Below, piece after piece: positions 50,747-61,283 of a DNA stretch of 64,000 bases. The stretch lies in the NCBI GenBank assembly GCA_965219445.1, contig CBDCNQ010000005.1:736001-800000 (forward strand). Reading direction: 5' to 3'. The notes below the pieces were generated by a model. The model did no database searches. It saw only the letters and a program-made list of their open reading frames with translations, and was not told where the DNA came from. A program made the position numbers and the translations under genes. The stretch is from Longimicrobiales bacterium (GTDB taxonomy: Bacteria > Gemmatimonadota > Gemmatimonadetes > Longimicrobiales > Gaopeijiaceae). Position 1 is the first letter of the stretch; each line of letters begins with the position of its first letter.

Positions 50747-52795
50747 CTACCCGCCCATCGAGGCCAACTCCCGGACGGTAGCCGACAGCATGCGCACCTT
50801 GGCCGCGTCCCGCGGCCCTCCGGACTCGGACGACAACTCGTCGGCTATCCGGGCGAGCGCCTCCCGCCGGGCGGCCCCTGAGGCGCTCTGGGCGGCCGTG
50901 AGCTCCCGCCGTGTGGACTCGATCCGTGACGCCGACAGCCCGCCGGATCGCTCGAGTTGATCAAGGTACGCTCCCGCGAGGGCGAACGTGGTCGGCCAGA
51001 CGAACTGGGGCTGGCCCTGGGCGTTCAGGTGGTCGAGCGTGACCGACACGGCAGCGTCGATCTCGTTCTGCGAAAGGAGCGGGCTCGGCGTGAGCTCGAA
51101 GATGTCGAGCCCACGGGCGATCTCAGAGTTCACGATCACACCGTTGTACCAATAGACCGACCAGCTCCCGCCCATCCGCATGCGGTCAGGATCCACGGGC
51201 CCGCGGTCGTGGAACGCGATCTCGACCGGGCTCGCAGGATCGGTCCAGTCGAAGACCGAGATCCCTCCTTGATACCATCCCTGCACCATCACATCGCGGC
51301 CCGGGATGGGGATGAGCGAACCGTTGTGCGCCACGCAGTTTTCCTGCGGCGTCTGGGGTGCCGGCAGCTTGTAGTAGCTCTGGAACTCCATCCGTCCGTT
51401 TTCCAGCGTAAAGATCGCGTCGGCACCCCATTCTTTGGGATCGGAAGGGCGGCACTTGGGCCCGCCGCCGCCACCCCATTCGTCCGTGAAGAGGACCTTC
51501 GTGCCGTCGTTGTTGAATGTCGCCGAATGCCAGTAGGCGAAGTTCTCGTCGCTGACCTCCCCGATGCGCTCGGGATTGACCGGATCGCTGATGTCGAGGA
51601 GGAACCCGTAGCCCCCGCAGGCGCCACCGGCCAACCCAATTTCCGGATACACGGTGATGTCGTGACACTGCGTGGGACCGGTGCCGGGACCGGCATCGGC
51701 CGCCCGAGCGGCTACCTGATCGAGAAAAGTTCTCAGGGCGGCGCTGTCTGCCGCCGTCGGCGCGCCGTCACCCCCGCGCTGGGCCACGACTTGGGAGAGC
51801 AGGTCGGCGACCTGGCGGTCCGGCAGTATCTGCGGTTCATCGGGGAACTCAACGATGAAAGCACCGCTCTCCCGCGCCTCTTCGATGGAAGCGAGATCAT
51901 CAGGCGCCAGGCCATGGACCGGTGGCGCGACGAGGTCGGTGAAGATCCGGGGCGAACTCACGATGGCGGCCTGCTCGGGATTGGCGAGCGGCACCCTGAT
52001 CACTTCGATCCTGAAGAGGGCGGAATTCGCGTCCTCTTCCAGCGGAGCGCCGGAGCATCCAGGAAGCTCCTCGGCGGGACGCACCGGAGCGGAGCCGGAG
52101 ACGTAGACGTACACGTTCTCGTTGTCGTTCGGATCTTTCAGGACCGTGTGCGTATGCGACCCACGGCAGGTCTGGACGTTAGCCACGTATTCGGGGTTTC
52201 GGATGTCGCTGATGTCGAAAATCCGGATGCCACGAAGACGCTCCGGACTCACCGCCTCATCGACGCCTTCCGTGCCACAGTCAAGTCGGCCGCCGAACCC
52301 CTCGCCGGACACGAACATGAGGTCCCCGTAGACCGAGACGTCACTTTGCGACGCCGGGCAGACATAACCCGTCACGAGCAATGGCTGGCGGGGATCCTCG
52401 ATATTCCAGACCTGAATGCCGTGGTAGTTGCCCTGGAACGCGTAGTTGCCCTTGAAGGCGAGGTCGGAGTTCGTGATGCCCACGAAGTCCTCCGGAGGAG
52501 GTGTAGTCGACACCAAGCGCAAGTTCCATATCGCCTCCTCGGCATCGAAGAGCCCAGGTTCGAGGCCAACACGGGGGTCCGGGCTCGGCGAAGTTTCGGC
52601 CGCCACTCGCGCGAGCGGTGTGGGGGCCGTCCCCGAGGTGGCGGAGCCAGACGCGCAGCCAGCGATAACAAGGACGCCCGCAGCGATCGGGAGTGCCAAG
52701 AAACGGCGCACGGTCGTCCAGGAGGTGCTGGGGTTGGCCAAGAGCTTGCTGGTCATGACGAACATCCCGGAATTAGAGTGATGGCCTTTGATCAA
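50747..52795 (-). CDS. LVIVD-like repeat lipoprotein
   Basis: IAGC lipobox; NSDLAF, CRGSHTHT, QCHDI, YWHSA, NCVAHN. Start may be ATG 52756. Confidence 0.75.
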   Translation of the reverse strand: MIKGHHSNSGMFVMTSKLLANPSTSWTTVRRFLALPIAAGVLVIAGCASGSATSGTAPTPLARVAAETSPSPDPRVGLEPGLFDAEEAIWNLRLVSTTPPPEDFVGITNSDLAFKGNYAFQGNYHGIQVWNIEDPRQPLLVTGYVCPASQSDVSVYGDLMFVSGEGFGGRLDCGTEGVDEAVSPERLRGIRIFDISDIRNPEYVANVQTCRGSHTHTVLKDPNDNENVYVYVSGSAPVRPAEELPGCSGAPLEEDANSALFRIEVIRVPLANPEQAAIVSSPRIFTDLVAPPVHGLAPDDLASIEEARESGAFIVEFPDEPQILPDRQVADLLSQVVAQRGGDGAPTAADSAALRTFLDQVAARAADAGPGTGPTQCHDITVYPEIGLAGGACGGYGFLLDISDPVNPERIGEVSDENFAYWHSATFNNDGTKVLFTDEWGGGGGPKCRPSDPKEWGADAIFTLENGRMEFQSYYKLPAPQTPQENCVAHNGSLIPIPGRDVMVQGWYQGGISVFDWTDPASPVEIAFHDRGPVDPDRMRMGGSWSVYWYNGVIVNSEIARGLDIFELTPSPLLSQNEIDAAVSVTLDHLNAQGQPQFVWPTTFALAGAYLDQLERSGGLSASRIESTRRELTAAQSASGAARREALARIADELSSESGGPRDAAKVRMLSATVRELASMGG

Positions 52796-53478
52796 GGGCG
52801 CAGGCCGGTCGCCGCCGACTCCTGTAGCATGCGCTCCATCCGCGCGATCTCGGTCGCCTGATCCACTTGGATGTCGGACGCGATCTTGAAGACCGCCTCG
52901 TCGAGCGCCGCTCCGTCGGTGGCGAAGAGGTCGTGAACCATGGTCACGGCCCCTCCGTGGTGTTGAATCATATAGGTAAGAAAGAGCCGGTCGAAGTCCG
53001 CACCCCTCGCCTCGTCGAGTTCCCCCATCTGCTGACGCGTCAGCATCCCCGGCATGAGCATCCCGTCATCCGAAACTCGCACCGGAGAGCCAACTCCGTC
53101 GGTGTAAACCTCGGGAACCGGCTGCCCTCGATCCCGTAGCCACTGCTGCATCGCGACGATCTCGTCTTGCTGAGCGTTGATGGTGCGGGCCGTCAGGATC
53201 TGCACCGGCGGGCTGGCCCCGCGCGTGGGGGCGAGACCCGCCATCTCGAGCGCCTGGGCGTGATGGCTGATCATGCCGGTCATGAAGCGGACATCGGCCT
53301 CGGTGAACCGCGCGAGGGCACTGTCCGTGCGGGCGCGGTAAAGCGCCTCCAGATCGGCAGTCGAAGCGGCAACCGGAGATGGGGACGTCTCCGCTCCCAT
53401 CCCCGCGCTGCCGCAGGCAGCGCCGGCGACCACCGCGAACAGGGCGGCGCTCGTCCAACGGCCGTGTGAAGCCCTCAT
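52792..53478 (-). CDS. DUF305 (ferritin-like) lipoprotein
   Basis: ADVRFMTGMISHHAQALEM and FLTYMIQHHGGAVTM. Confidence 0.88.
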   Translation of the reverse strand: MRASHGRWTSAALFAVVAGAACGSAGMGAETSPSPVAASTADLEALYRARTDSALARFTEADVRFMTGMISHHAQALEMAGLAPTRGASPPVQILTARTINAQQDEIVAMQQWLRDRGQPVPEVYTDGVGSPVRVSDDGMLMPGMLTRQQMGELDEARGADFDRLFLTYMIQHHGGAVTMVHDLFATDGAALDEAVFKIASDIQVDQATEIARMERMLQESAATGLRP

Positions 53479-53485
53479 CAGAGCG

Positions 53486-55732
53486 TCATCGATTCAGGTT
53501 CGTCGGGGTGCAGCTGGAGGCGATGTGCTCGCACAGCGCGTTCGTGTAGACCTCTATCATCGTGACGTAGCTGGCGAAATCGAAGGCCGCTCCATGCGCA
53601 CCGGGAGGAAAGAAACGGAACTCCGCATCCTTGCCGGCCCGCGCGAGCGCCGTCAGGAGCTGCATGGTGTGCTGCGGCTGCACGTTCTCGTCCATTCCGG
53701 AATGGACCAGGAGGAGCTGGTCCTCGAGGGCTTCGACCCAGTTCAGGGTCGAGCTCCCCTGGTACCCGTCCTCGTTCTCGCCGAGAAGGCCCATGTACCG
53801 TTCGGTGTAGATCGTGTCGTAGAGCCTCCAGTCGGTTGCGGGCGAGTTGGCGATACCCAACACGAACACCCCCGGGTGCCTCAGCAACGTCGAGATCGAC
53901 ATGAAGCCCCCGTAACTGGTGCCCTGGATCGCCATGCGATCGCCGTCGACCCACGGTTGCGACGCCAGCCATCGCGCCACTTCTGCGAAGTCGTTCGCCT
54001 CCCACTTGCCCAACTCGCGATACACGACCTCCATGAAGTCACGGCCGTAGTTGCCCGACCCACGGTTGTTGAGGCCGACCACGATGTAGCCCTGCTGGGC
54101 GAGGTACTGTTGCCAGCCGTCCGTTGCCCACTGGTCGGACACCTGTTGGGATCCGGGGCCACCATAGATCGACACCACCACCGGGTGTCGCTGCGACGGG
54201 TCGAAGTTCGGCGGCCTGATCATCGAGCCGTCGAGCTCGACTCCGTCGGACGTCGTGAAGCTGAACAGCTCGGTGGGTGAGTAAGCGTGGGAGCTGACGT
54301 ACTCCGCAACCTCTGCGTTGGCCTCCAGCGTGGTCAGCAGCTCGCCTCCGCGATGCCCGCTCCGGAGCTCGACCTGCCGTGGCCGACTGCTGCTCGACCA
54401 CGTGTCGATGTAATAGTCCATGTTCGGGGACATGTCGATGCCGTGGGTACCCGCAACGGATGTCAGCCGCTGCTTGTTCCGGCCATCGAAGTCGACTGCG
54501 TAGAGGTGACGCTGGAGTGGGCTCTCCTCGGTGCCTGTGTAATAGATCGTACCGGTCTGGGCGTCGATGCCCTCGACGCGTGTCACTACCCACTCGCCGC
54601 TCGTCACCTGGTTCAGCAACTCACCGTCGTATGAATAACGGTACAGGTGGTTGTAGCCGTCCCGGTCGCTGATCCAAAAGAACTCCCGCAAACCCTCGGG
54701 AAAGAGGAAGTAGTGCTGCACACCGGCGAAGAAGTCGAACACGTCGATCCACGCGTCGCTCCGCTCCTCCATCACGAGGCGCCGCTCACCCGAGCGCACA
54801 TCGAAGAAGTACAGCCGGAGGTCGTTCTGGTGGCGGTTCAAGGTGACGACGGCCAGCGTATTCGGGTCGCTCGTCCAGTAGATCCGCGGAACGTAGTACT
54901 CACCGGCAAGACCCACTTCCATCCAGCGCGTCTCGCCCGAGGCCACGTCCACCACACCGATGCGCATTTCCGAGTTGTCCTGCCCGACCTTCGGGAAGGG
55001 CATCACCGTCCACTCCGGGTACTGGCCCTCCCAGTCCGTGATCTGGATGGTGGGGACGTCCGCCACGTGCGTCTGCCAGTACGCGATTCGCCGGCTGTCG
55101 GGGCTCCACGTCCATGCCTGCGTGAGGCCGAACTCCTCCTCGTAGACCCAGTCGAACACGCCGTTCCAGACGATGTCGCTGCCGCTCGACGTCAGCCGAC
55201 GCTCCCGCTCGGCATCCATGTCGTAGACGAACAGGTCACCTCCCCGCTCGTATCCGAGGAGAGCGCCGTCCGGCGACAGCTCCGCGGTGCGCGCGTCGTC
55301 GGCCGCCAGCACGAGCGACTCGTTCTCCACTCCGTACACGTAAAAGTCCGCGATGCCCGAGTATCGGTAGATCGGCCGGAAATCGGCCTGGAAGACGACG
55401 TGCCGCGAATCCGGGGCCCAATCGAACGAACGGTACCGCAGCGGTTCCGACCCTCCCGGTACAGTCAATACCCCCGGATCGAAGAGCAGCTCGTCGCTGC
55501 CCGACTCCGGGTCGTACGCTCGGACCTCCGGTCGGCGCGTTTGGGTGTTCACGAGCGTGTACGAGTACCGTCCACCCTCGTCGATCCAGTTCACCCCGGC
55601 CGGGCCCGCACGGCCGGACAGCCGACCCGAGATGCTCAGCGCTTCCTGGACACTCCCGATCCGCTCCTGGGCCCGTAGCGGGATCACGCTCACCAGCGCC
55701 AGTGCCACTACGAGGCTCGCATGCAATCTCAT
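53486..55732 (-). CDS. S9B dipeptidyl-peptidase IV-like protein
   Basis: DWVYEEE, YGGPGSQ, GTSYGG, DENV, GAHG. Confidence 0.92.
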   Translation of the reverse strand: MRLHASLVVALALVSVIPLRAQERIGSVQEALSISGRLSGRAGPAGVNWIDEGGRYSYTLVNTQTRRPEVRAYDPESGSDELLFDPGVLTVPGGSEPLRYRSFDWAPDSRHVVFQADFRPIYRYSGIADFYVYGVENESLVLAADDARTAELSPDGALLGYERGGDLFVYDMDAERERRLTSSGSDIVWNGVFDWVYEEEFGLTQAWTWSPDSRRIAYWQTHVADVPTIQITDWEGQYPEWTVMPFPKVGQDNSEMRIGVVDVASGETRWMEVGLAGEYYVPRIYWTSDPNTLAVVTLNRHQNDLRLYFFDVRSGERRLVMEERSDAWIDVFDFFAGVQHYFLFPEGLREFFWISDRDGYNHLYRYSYDGELLNQVTSGEWVVTRVEGIDAQTGTIYYTGTEESPLQRHLYAVDFDGRNKQRLTSVAGTHGIDMSPNMDYYIDTWSSSSRPRQVELRSGHRGGELLTTLEANAEVAEYVSSHAYSPTELFSFTTSDGVELDGSMIRPPNFDPSQRHPVVVSIYGGPGSQQVSDQWATDGWQQYLAQQGYIVVGLNNRGSGNYGRDFMEVVYRELGKWEANDFAEVARWLASQPWVDGDRMAIQGTSYGGFMSISTLLRHPGVFVLGIANSPATDWRLYDTIYTERYMGLLGENEDGYQGSSTLNWVEALEDQLLLVHSGMDENVQPQHTMQLLTALARAGKDAEFRFFPPGAHGAAFDFASYVTMIEVYTNALCEHIASSCTPTNLNR

Positions 55733-55915
55733 TTTTCTTCTCGCTCGATTCTGAGGGTCTTGTGACAGTCGAACAGGCCAGACGATCACGTTTTCGGGGC
55801 GACGGACAAGGTAGGCACGGACCTCAGTGCAGTCGAGCGTACATTCGAACCCTGGTCCGGGACGTTCGCCCGAGGCGAAGGGGATGGCAGTGCAATTCTC
55901 AGACGCTACAACGGA

Positions 55916-55950
55916 AACCCCCGGAAAACCGAGGCGATTCTCCGGGGGTT
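55916..55950 (-). terminator. Probable intrinsic terminator
   Basis: AACCCCCGGA/TCCGGGGGTT 10-bp stem just downstream of the 55979 stop. Confidence 0.6.
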
Positions 55951-55978
55951 CGTGGACGTCGGCCCGCCGCGGTACCTT

Positions 55979-56758
55979 CTAGGAGGGATACCAATCCAAT
56001 ACGCGCACCTCGATATCCGCCTCGCCTCGGAGAGCCTCGACGAATTCGTCGACCGGCTGCTCACGGTTGTGATACGGGTAAACGACCGCGGGCCTGATGA
56101 TCTTCACGCAATCCGCCGCAGCCGACGGCACCATCCGGCCATGGGGTAGGTTCACCGGCATGAAAGCGATGTCGATGTCCTCGAGCGTCTGGATCTCAGG
56201 GACACACTCCGTCACTCCCGAGAGATAGATTCTCTGACCGCCGAGGCTGAGGACGTACCCGTTGCCCTCACCCCGCGCGTGGAACGGGGAGCCGGGGAGG
56301 AGATCGTACATAGGCACGGCCTCCACAGGCACACCCGCCAGCGTAGCGACATCGCCGTTGTTCATGATCATGGCGTCGGGAACTCGCAGAACCCGTTCGC
56401 GCCCTCCCTCGTCCCTCGCATCCTCGGGAGTAGAAGGAAGTACGACCGGAGCCCCGGGCTTACGAAGCCGTTGGATCAGATCTGGGTCGAGGTGGTCCCC
56501 CGGTGTATCGGTGATCAGGATGAGGTCGGCCGGCCTCGCGTTGGTGTAGTCGCCTCGGCTCCAAGGGTCGACGTGGATTACCGTCCCGGCGAACTCGAGC
56601 TGCACGCCGGCTCCGACGTACGACGTAATTTCGACATCACCGGCATCGGCCGCGGGCCCCATCTCGTCATCAGCTCCCCCCGGACCGCAGGAGCCGACCG
56701 CAGCGGTCAGCGCGAGGAACACACCACCCGAAGCCAGACTACGAGCAACTTTCTTCAT
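55979..56758 (-). CDS. MBL-fold lipoprotein (UlaG-like) with degenerate HxHxDH
   Basis: VGSC lipobox; IHVDP, ITDTPGDH, HARGEGNGY, YPYH. Confidence 0.78.
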   Translation of the reverse strand: MKKVARSLASGGVFLALTAAVGSCGPGGADDEMGPAADAGDVEITSYVGAGVQLEFAGTVIHVDPWSRGDYTNARPADLILITDTPGDHLDPDLIQRLRKPGAPVVLPSTPEDARDEGGRERVLRVPDAMIMNNGDVATLAGVPVEAVPMYDLLPGSPFHARGEGNGYVLSLGGQRIYLSGVTECVPEIQTLEDIDIAFMPVNLPHGRMVPSAAADCVKIIRPAVVYPYHNREQPVDEFVEALRGEADIEVRVLDWYPS

Positions 56759-56819
56759 CCGTGACACTCCTTTCCTTAGAACATCGCAATGCCGTTGATC
56801 GCCTAACGAGCCACCTGCC

Positions 56820-58864
56820 TCAGGGGAGAGGGAGGCGTAGCGCGACGAGAGATCCGGGGAGGCCGCGCCCGGACACGGCGGTCACGATGTACTGCCTGCC
56901 TTCGTGCAGGTACGTCATCGGGGCCGTGTCCGTGGTAGCTGGCAACTGGACCGTGCCGAGCCGCTCCCCGGTACGCTTGTCCACAGCGTGCATGCGCGGC
57001 TCCCCCGACCGCCCTTCGCCATAGATGAGGAGACTCTGCGTAACCATGGCCGTCGCGTGAGACGCCTGACCGGTATTCGGAAGATCCACGCCCTGAAGCA
57101 TGGGGTGATTCCTGATGCGCTCCGGCGTGTCCCCGTTGGGAATCCACCACAGGTGTTCCCCGGTATTCATATCGATGGCGGTGATCCGCCCGTAGGGGGG
57201 TTTAAGCATCGGAAGTCCCTCAGGACCGCGGAAGCCCCCCGGCACCGGGTTGTGATGCCACTCGACGACAGTTGTACCGGACTGCCCCGTCATTACGGCA
57301 TCCCTCACCTCCCCCGGCACCAAAACGAAGGCGCTACAGGTCTTCACGGACGCCACATACATGATCCCGCTCTGCGGATCCATCACGGTACCGCCCCCGA
57401 TGTTGGACCCGCCTCCTGCCGCGGGGCAGAACACGGCTCCCTTCTTGCCCTCCGCGTTCTCAGAGTGGAGCGGCGGGTTGTACATGGGACCGAGGCGCCA
57501 CTCGCTCGCGATCTCACGCGCCAATGAGTTGATGGCCGGCGTGAAGTCGATGAGGTCGTCTTCGGTGATCCCCTGCATCTCGTACGCAGCGGGTCGGGTG
57601 GGGATAGGCTGGGTGGGTGAAGTCTGCTCGGTCGGAACGTCGGACTGAGGCACCGGCTGTTCCTCGATGGGCCAAATAGGCTCTCCGGTCACGCGATTGA
57701 AAGCGTAAACGAAGGCCTGTTTGGAGCTCTGCACCAGTGCGGGAATCTCCCTACCGTCCACGGTGAGGTCCACGAGATTCGGAGGAAGGGGGAAATCCCG
57801 GTCCCAAACGTCGTGGTGGATCGCCTGAAAGTGCCAGATCCGTTCGCCCGTCCGGATGTCCAGGGCCACGATGCTGTTTCCGTAGAGATTGTTGCCGGGC
57901 CGGAAGCCACCGAAGTAGTCGTTGGTCGGCGCGTCGGTCGTGATGTAGATGATTCCCCGTTCCGGATCGGCAGAAAGGGGCGGCCACGTGTTGACGTTCC
58001 CAGTCCAGGACCAAGCGTCGTTCTCCCACGTTTCGTGTCCGAACTCACCGGGTTGCGGTACGACATTGAACTTCCAGAGATGCTCTCCGGTGCGGGCGTC
58101 GTATGCGAGGATGTCTCCAGGTACGTTCTCCCGGCGGGTATCGAGGCGCCCCGTCAAGTTCGAGTTCCCCATCACCACCACTCCATTCACGACGATCGGG
58201 GGCGAAGTATTCGTGATATACCCGATCGAGTCGGGGATGCCATACTCCGGGTCCATGGGTGGCCCAGATCCTTCAGCAGATCGACCGTGCCGCCCTCTTC
58301 GAATCCATCGACGGGCACGGGCGCACCAAAGCCCTCGATCGGGCGTCCCGTTTCGGCGTCCAGAGCGTGCAGGAAAAAGGCCGGCGTGACGAGATAGATC
58401 ACGCCCCGTCCATCGATCTCGGTGTAGGCCACACCCTTCCCGTGGCTCTTTCTCGACGAGCGCTCCCACCGCGTCGTGTGGGGCTCACGGTAGATCCAGA
58501 GCGTCTCTCCGGTGGCGGGGTCGAGGGCCGAGACCGTACGGCTCTGCCCAGCCACGGTATAAAGCTTTCCGTTCGCGTAGATCGGCGTTGCACGCAGAAT
58601 GTAATCGAGGGAGGGGCCGAAGTTGTCGCCTCGCCAGACCCAGGCCTGCTCGAGGTCATTGAAGTTGTCGGCGTTGATTTGATCGAGGGGCGAGTACCGT
58701 GTGCTCCATGCATCAGCGCCCCAGTAGCGCCACTCCCCGAAGGGCGTACCCCGATCCTGAGCATAAGCTGAAGTCGAAGCCAACAGGATTCCGATCAGCG
58801 CAAGTGATCGGGCCAAGCCCGAGGGAAAAATCGACGGCAAAAAGCGACTCCGGTCCCGCATCAT
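56820..58864 (-). CDS. PQQ-dependent dehydrogenase (glucose/quinate type, no N-terminal TM domain), -1 frameshift at ~58253-58254
   Basis: RYSPLDQINADN, WHFQAIHHDVWD, KPPYGRITAID, PMTY..GRQYI. Adding one G restores HPW|DPEYG. Confidence 0.87.
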
Positions 58865-59020
58865 GAATGCCCTCTGTTCCTGGGATCCGCCGACCCCACG
58901 CGCACTCCAGGGCGCGATGGGCAAACGGCGTGCTGGGCAGCGCGCCAGCCGGCTCACCGATACGGTGCTTTCGGGGTTGTGTCAAGTAATTACGAGCAGT
59001 GTCGGGGGGTACTGGAGACG

Positions 59021-60646
59021 CTATCGCGCCGCCCCGACAATCCTCGCAAACTCCGACCACGCCACCGGCGACCCGTGGATCGGAACGATCGTCTCGACGT
59101 CGAGCCCGAGGCGCTGCACGTGGCCCAAGAGCGACCGGTTGGCCGGGGTGACCCCGGCCGGGGAGGGGAGGCCAGAACCGGATGAGTCGAAGAGATCGGC
59201 CTCGATCAGGATCCGCTCGGTCGGGAGATAGGCGATCAGCATGCCCTCCACGTGCGCGAGCGGGTGCACGTAGGAAACATGCATCGAGCGCTCTCCGTCG
59301 TTGAGCCAGTAGTTCTCCCGCACCGTCTCGTACTGATAGCCCTCCGCGAGTTCCGTCGGTGGCCACAGCGAGACCATATCGGGAGCGAGCGTCCGGGGTG
59401 CGTAATTGAGCACGTCCCGCGTGTAGAAATCGTAGTTCTTCCATTGTGTGATGATCGTGGCACCGATGTGCATGTACGTCCGGAGACCACCGATGTGGTC
59501 GTGGTGCTGGTGCGTATTCACCAGGAACCGGATCGGCTTGTTCGGTGCGAGGCGCGCGACCTCGTCGATGACGGCGAGGCTGCGCCGCTCGTCCACGGGA
59601 GCTTCCACGACCGCTAGGTAATCTTCGAACTCCACGGCCACGCTGTTGTGTGACGACCCCCCGAGGAGCCACACACCGTTGGCCAGCTCCCGGGTGGTGA
59701 CCACGGTCGGGAACTCGGCTTGTCGCACCACGTCCGGGACCGTGACCGGGTCGTCGCAGTCGTTCGCACGGATGTCGTCAAGTGTACCGCCGAACGCATT
59801 GTGTCCGGCGTTGACGCTCTGGGCCTGGTAGTTGTCGTCCCATCCCTCGTGCTGATGCCAGCCCGTGGGAAAGCGCACGCCGTCACCGATGTCCACGTAG
59901 CTCGCGTTGGTGAATTCGTGCTCGTAGTTCATATCGCCGAGCACGGGGTCGGGTACCCAGGTGTGGATGCGCTGGAGCATATTCTCGCTGTTGATGGTGG
60001 CGTCCACTCTGTACTTCCCGAGGACGGTGATCGAGACGATGGTGACCCTCTCGGGCACCGTGGTCGCGCCGTCCCGACCCATCTCCCCCAGCTCCCATCG
60101 CCAGGTCGCCTTGGGATCGGCACCGGGCATCATTGCCGCCTTGAGGAAGTCGTGGGGGTTGATCCACATGTCGAGCTGCCATCGCTCCGCCTCCTCGGGC
60201 GGTACCGGAATGGGTTCGCCCCCCCGCCCATCGATGTGCCAGGCATGTTCTCCGTTGACCACGAAGCGCTGGTGGGTATTTCGTTGGATCGGCGTCCCCC
60301 CTCGCCACCCGAGCCCGTGCTTCCACGAAGCGGGGTTTTGGCCCGGCTCACGGTCGAATTCCTCGACCATGGTTCCGGCATCCCAGTTCATGGTCCGCGT
60401 GTAGTTCGTCAGGGGTCGGCCTCGTGGCCAATCCACCTCGAACCCATTCAGCCTCTGCTGCCCCACCATGCCCGCGTAGGCGGTCCCTGAGATCGCCACG
60501 CAGCGCAGGTTAGAGGCCCCGATGGCCTCGGCGGCGGCTCGCAGTATGGGAGCCGGATCGAGATAGCCAGGCGGGAGCTCCTGAGAGGCCGCCGGCCCGC
60601 CCATTAACGTCGCCGCGACGATGAGACCTGATAGCCGGATAGACAA
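59021..60646 (-). CDS. Exported protein with C-terminal MBL-fold hydrolase domain
   Basis: GAGGAGG SD; signal peptide; THQHHDHIGG, AHVEG, EADL, PIHG. Confidence 0.8.
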   Translation of the reverse strand: MSIRLSGLIVAATLMGGPAASQELPPGYLDPAPILRAAAEAIGASNLRCVAISGTAYAGMVGQQRLNGFEVDWPRGRPLTNYTRTMNWDAGTMVEEFDREPGQNPASWKHGLGWRGGTPIQRNTHQRFVVNGEHAWHIDGRGGEPIPVPPEEAERWQLDMWINPHDFLKAAMMPGADPKATWRWELGEMGRDGATTVPERVTIVSITVLGKYRVDATINSENMLQRIHTWVPDPVLGDMNYEHEFTNASYVDIGDGVRFPTGWHQHEGWDDNYQAQSVNAGHNAFGGTLDDIRANDCDDPVTVPDVVRQAEFPTVVTTRELANGVWLLGGSSHNSVAVEFEDYLAVVEAPVDERRSLAVIDEVARLAPNKPIRFLVNTHQHHDHIGGLRTYMHIGATIITQWKNYDFYTRDVLNYAPRTLAPDMVSLWPPTELAEGYQYETVRENYWLNDGERSMHVSYVHPLAHVEGMLIAYLPTERILIEADLFDSSGSGLPSPAGVTPANRSLLGHVQRLGLDVETIVPIHGSPVAWSEFARIVGAAR

Positions 60647-60769
60647 CGGTCCTCCTCAGCTCATGCCAGTGGGATCAAACTGCCTGTCGGCGGCTGGCGC
60701 TTCGCTCCCCGACTCGTCTACAGAAACGGTCGGTCTGGTGGCACGAAAACGGCTAGGCGGTGATCGCCG

Positions 60770-61228
60770 TCACGACCCTCCGGACGTTGACGGAACGAAC
60801 GCAACCATCTGCAGCGGCAACTCCCCGGTCTCGAGACGCACGAGTTCGATCTCGCTGCCGTCCGGCCGACTGAGGTCCGCGCAGCACATGCCGTAGGTCC
60901 CTGGTGCTCGTGACGGCTGACCAACGGCCCTGATCGGGTCACCAGCCTTGAGAGTCTCAGCGTGCCAGCCACGGCGGGACATGTTCACGGCCCCACCCAA
61001 CTCGACTTCCCATTCCACCACCTCGCCATTTTCGTTCTCCGCCTCGATGTAGAGGAACGAGTGCGGGTTCCGGAAATTGAATCTCAGGATGGAACCAACT
61101 GCCTCCACGCTCCTGTCGGGGTCGTAGAACGGCGCGCTGCTATGGTGCGCCTCAGCCGGGAAATCCGTGATTACGAGGCCGAGGACCACGAGGGCGGCGA
61201 GTGACGATATCCAGAGAAGTGGTTTCAC
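60770..61228 (-). CDS. DUF6152-family exported protein
   Basis: AEA-HHS..YD, NPHS, W.VE, LKAGD. Confidence 0.8.
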   Translation of the reverse strand: MKPLLWISSLAALVVLGLVITDFPAEAHHSSAPFYDPDRSVEAVGSILRFNFRNPHSFLYIEAENENGEVVEWEVELGGAVNMSRRGWHAETLKAGDPIRAVGQPSRAPGTYGMCCADLSRPDGSEIELVRLETGELPLQMVAFVPSTSGGS

Positions 61229-61283
61229 CGGTCGGTCTCCTAAAAGTTGCCTATCTTATCCGAGCCTTATCGGTTTATTGGTC

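Noticed and set aside
50957..52861. 634-aa plus-strand ORF
   Set aside because: Antisense shadow of the LVIVD-like gene, common in high-GC DNA.
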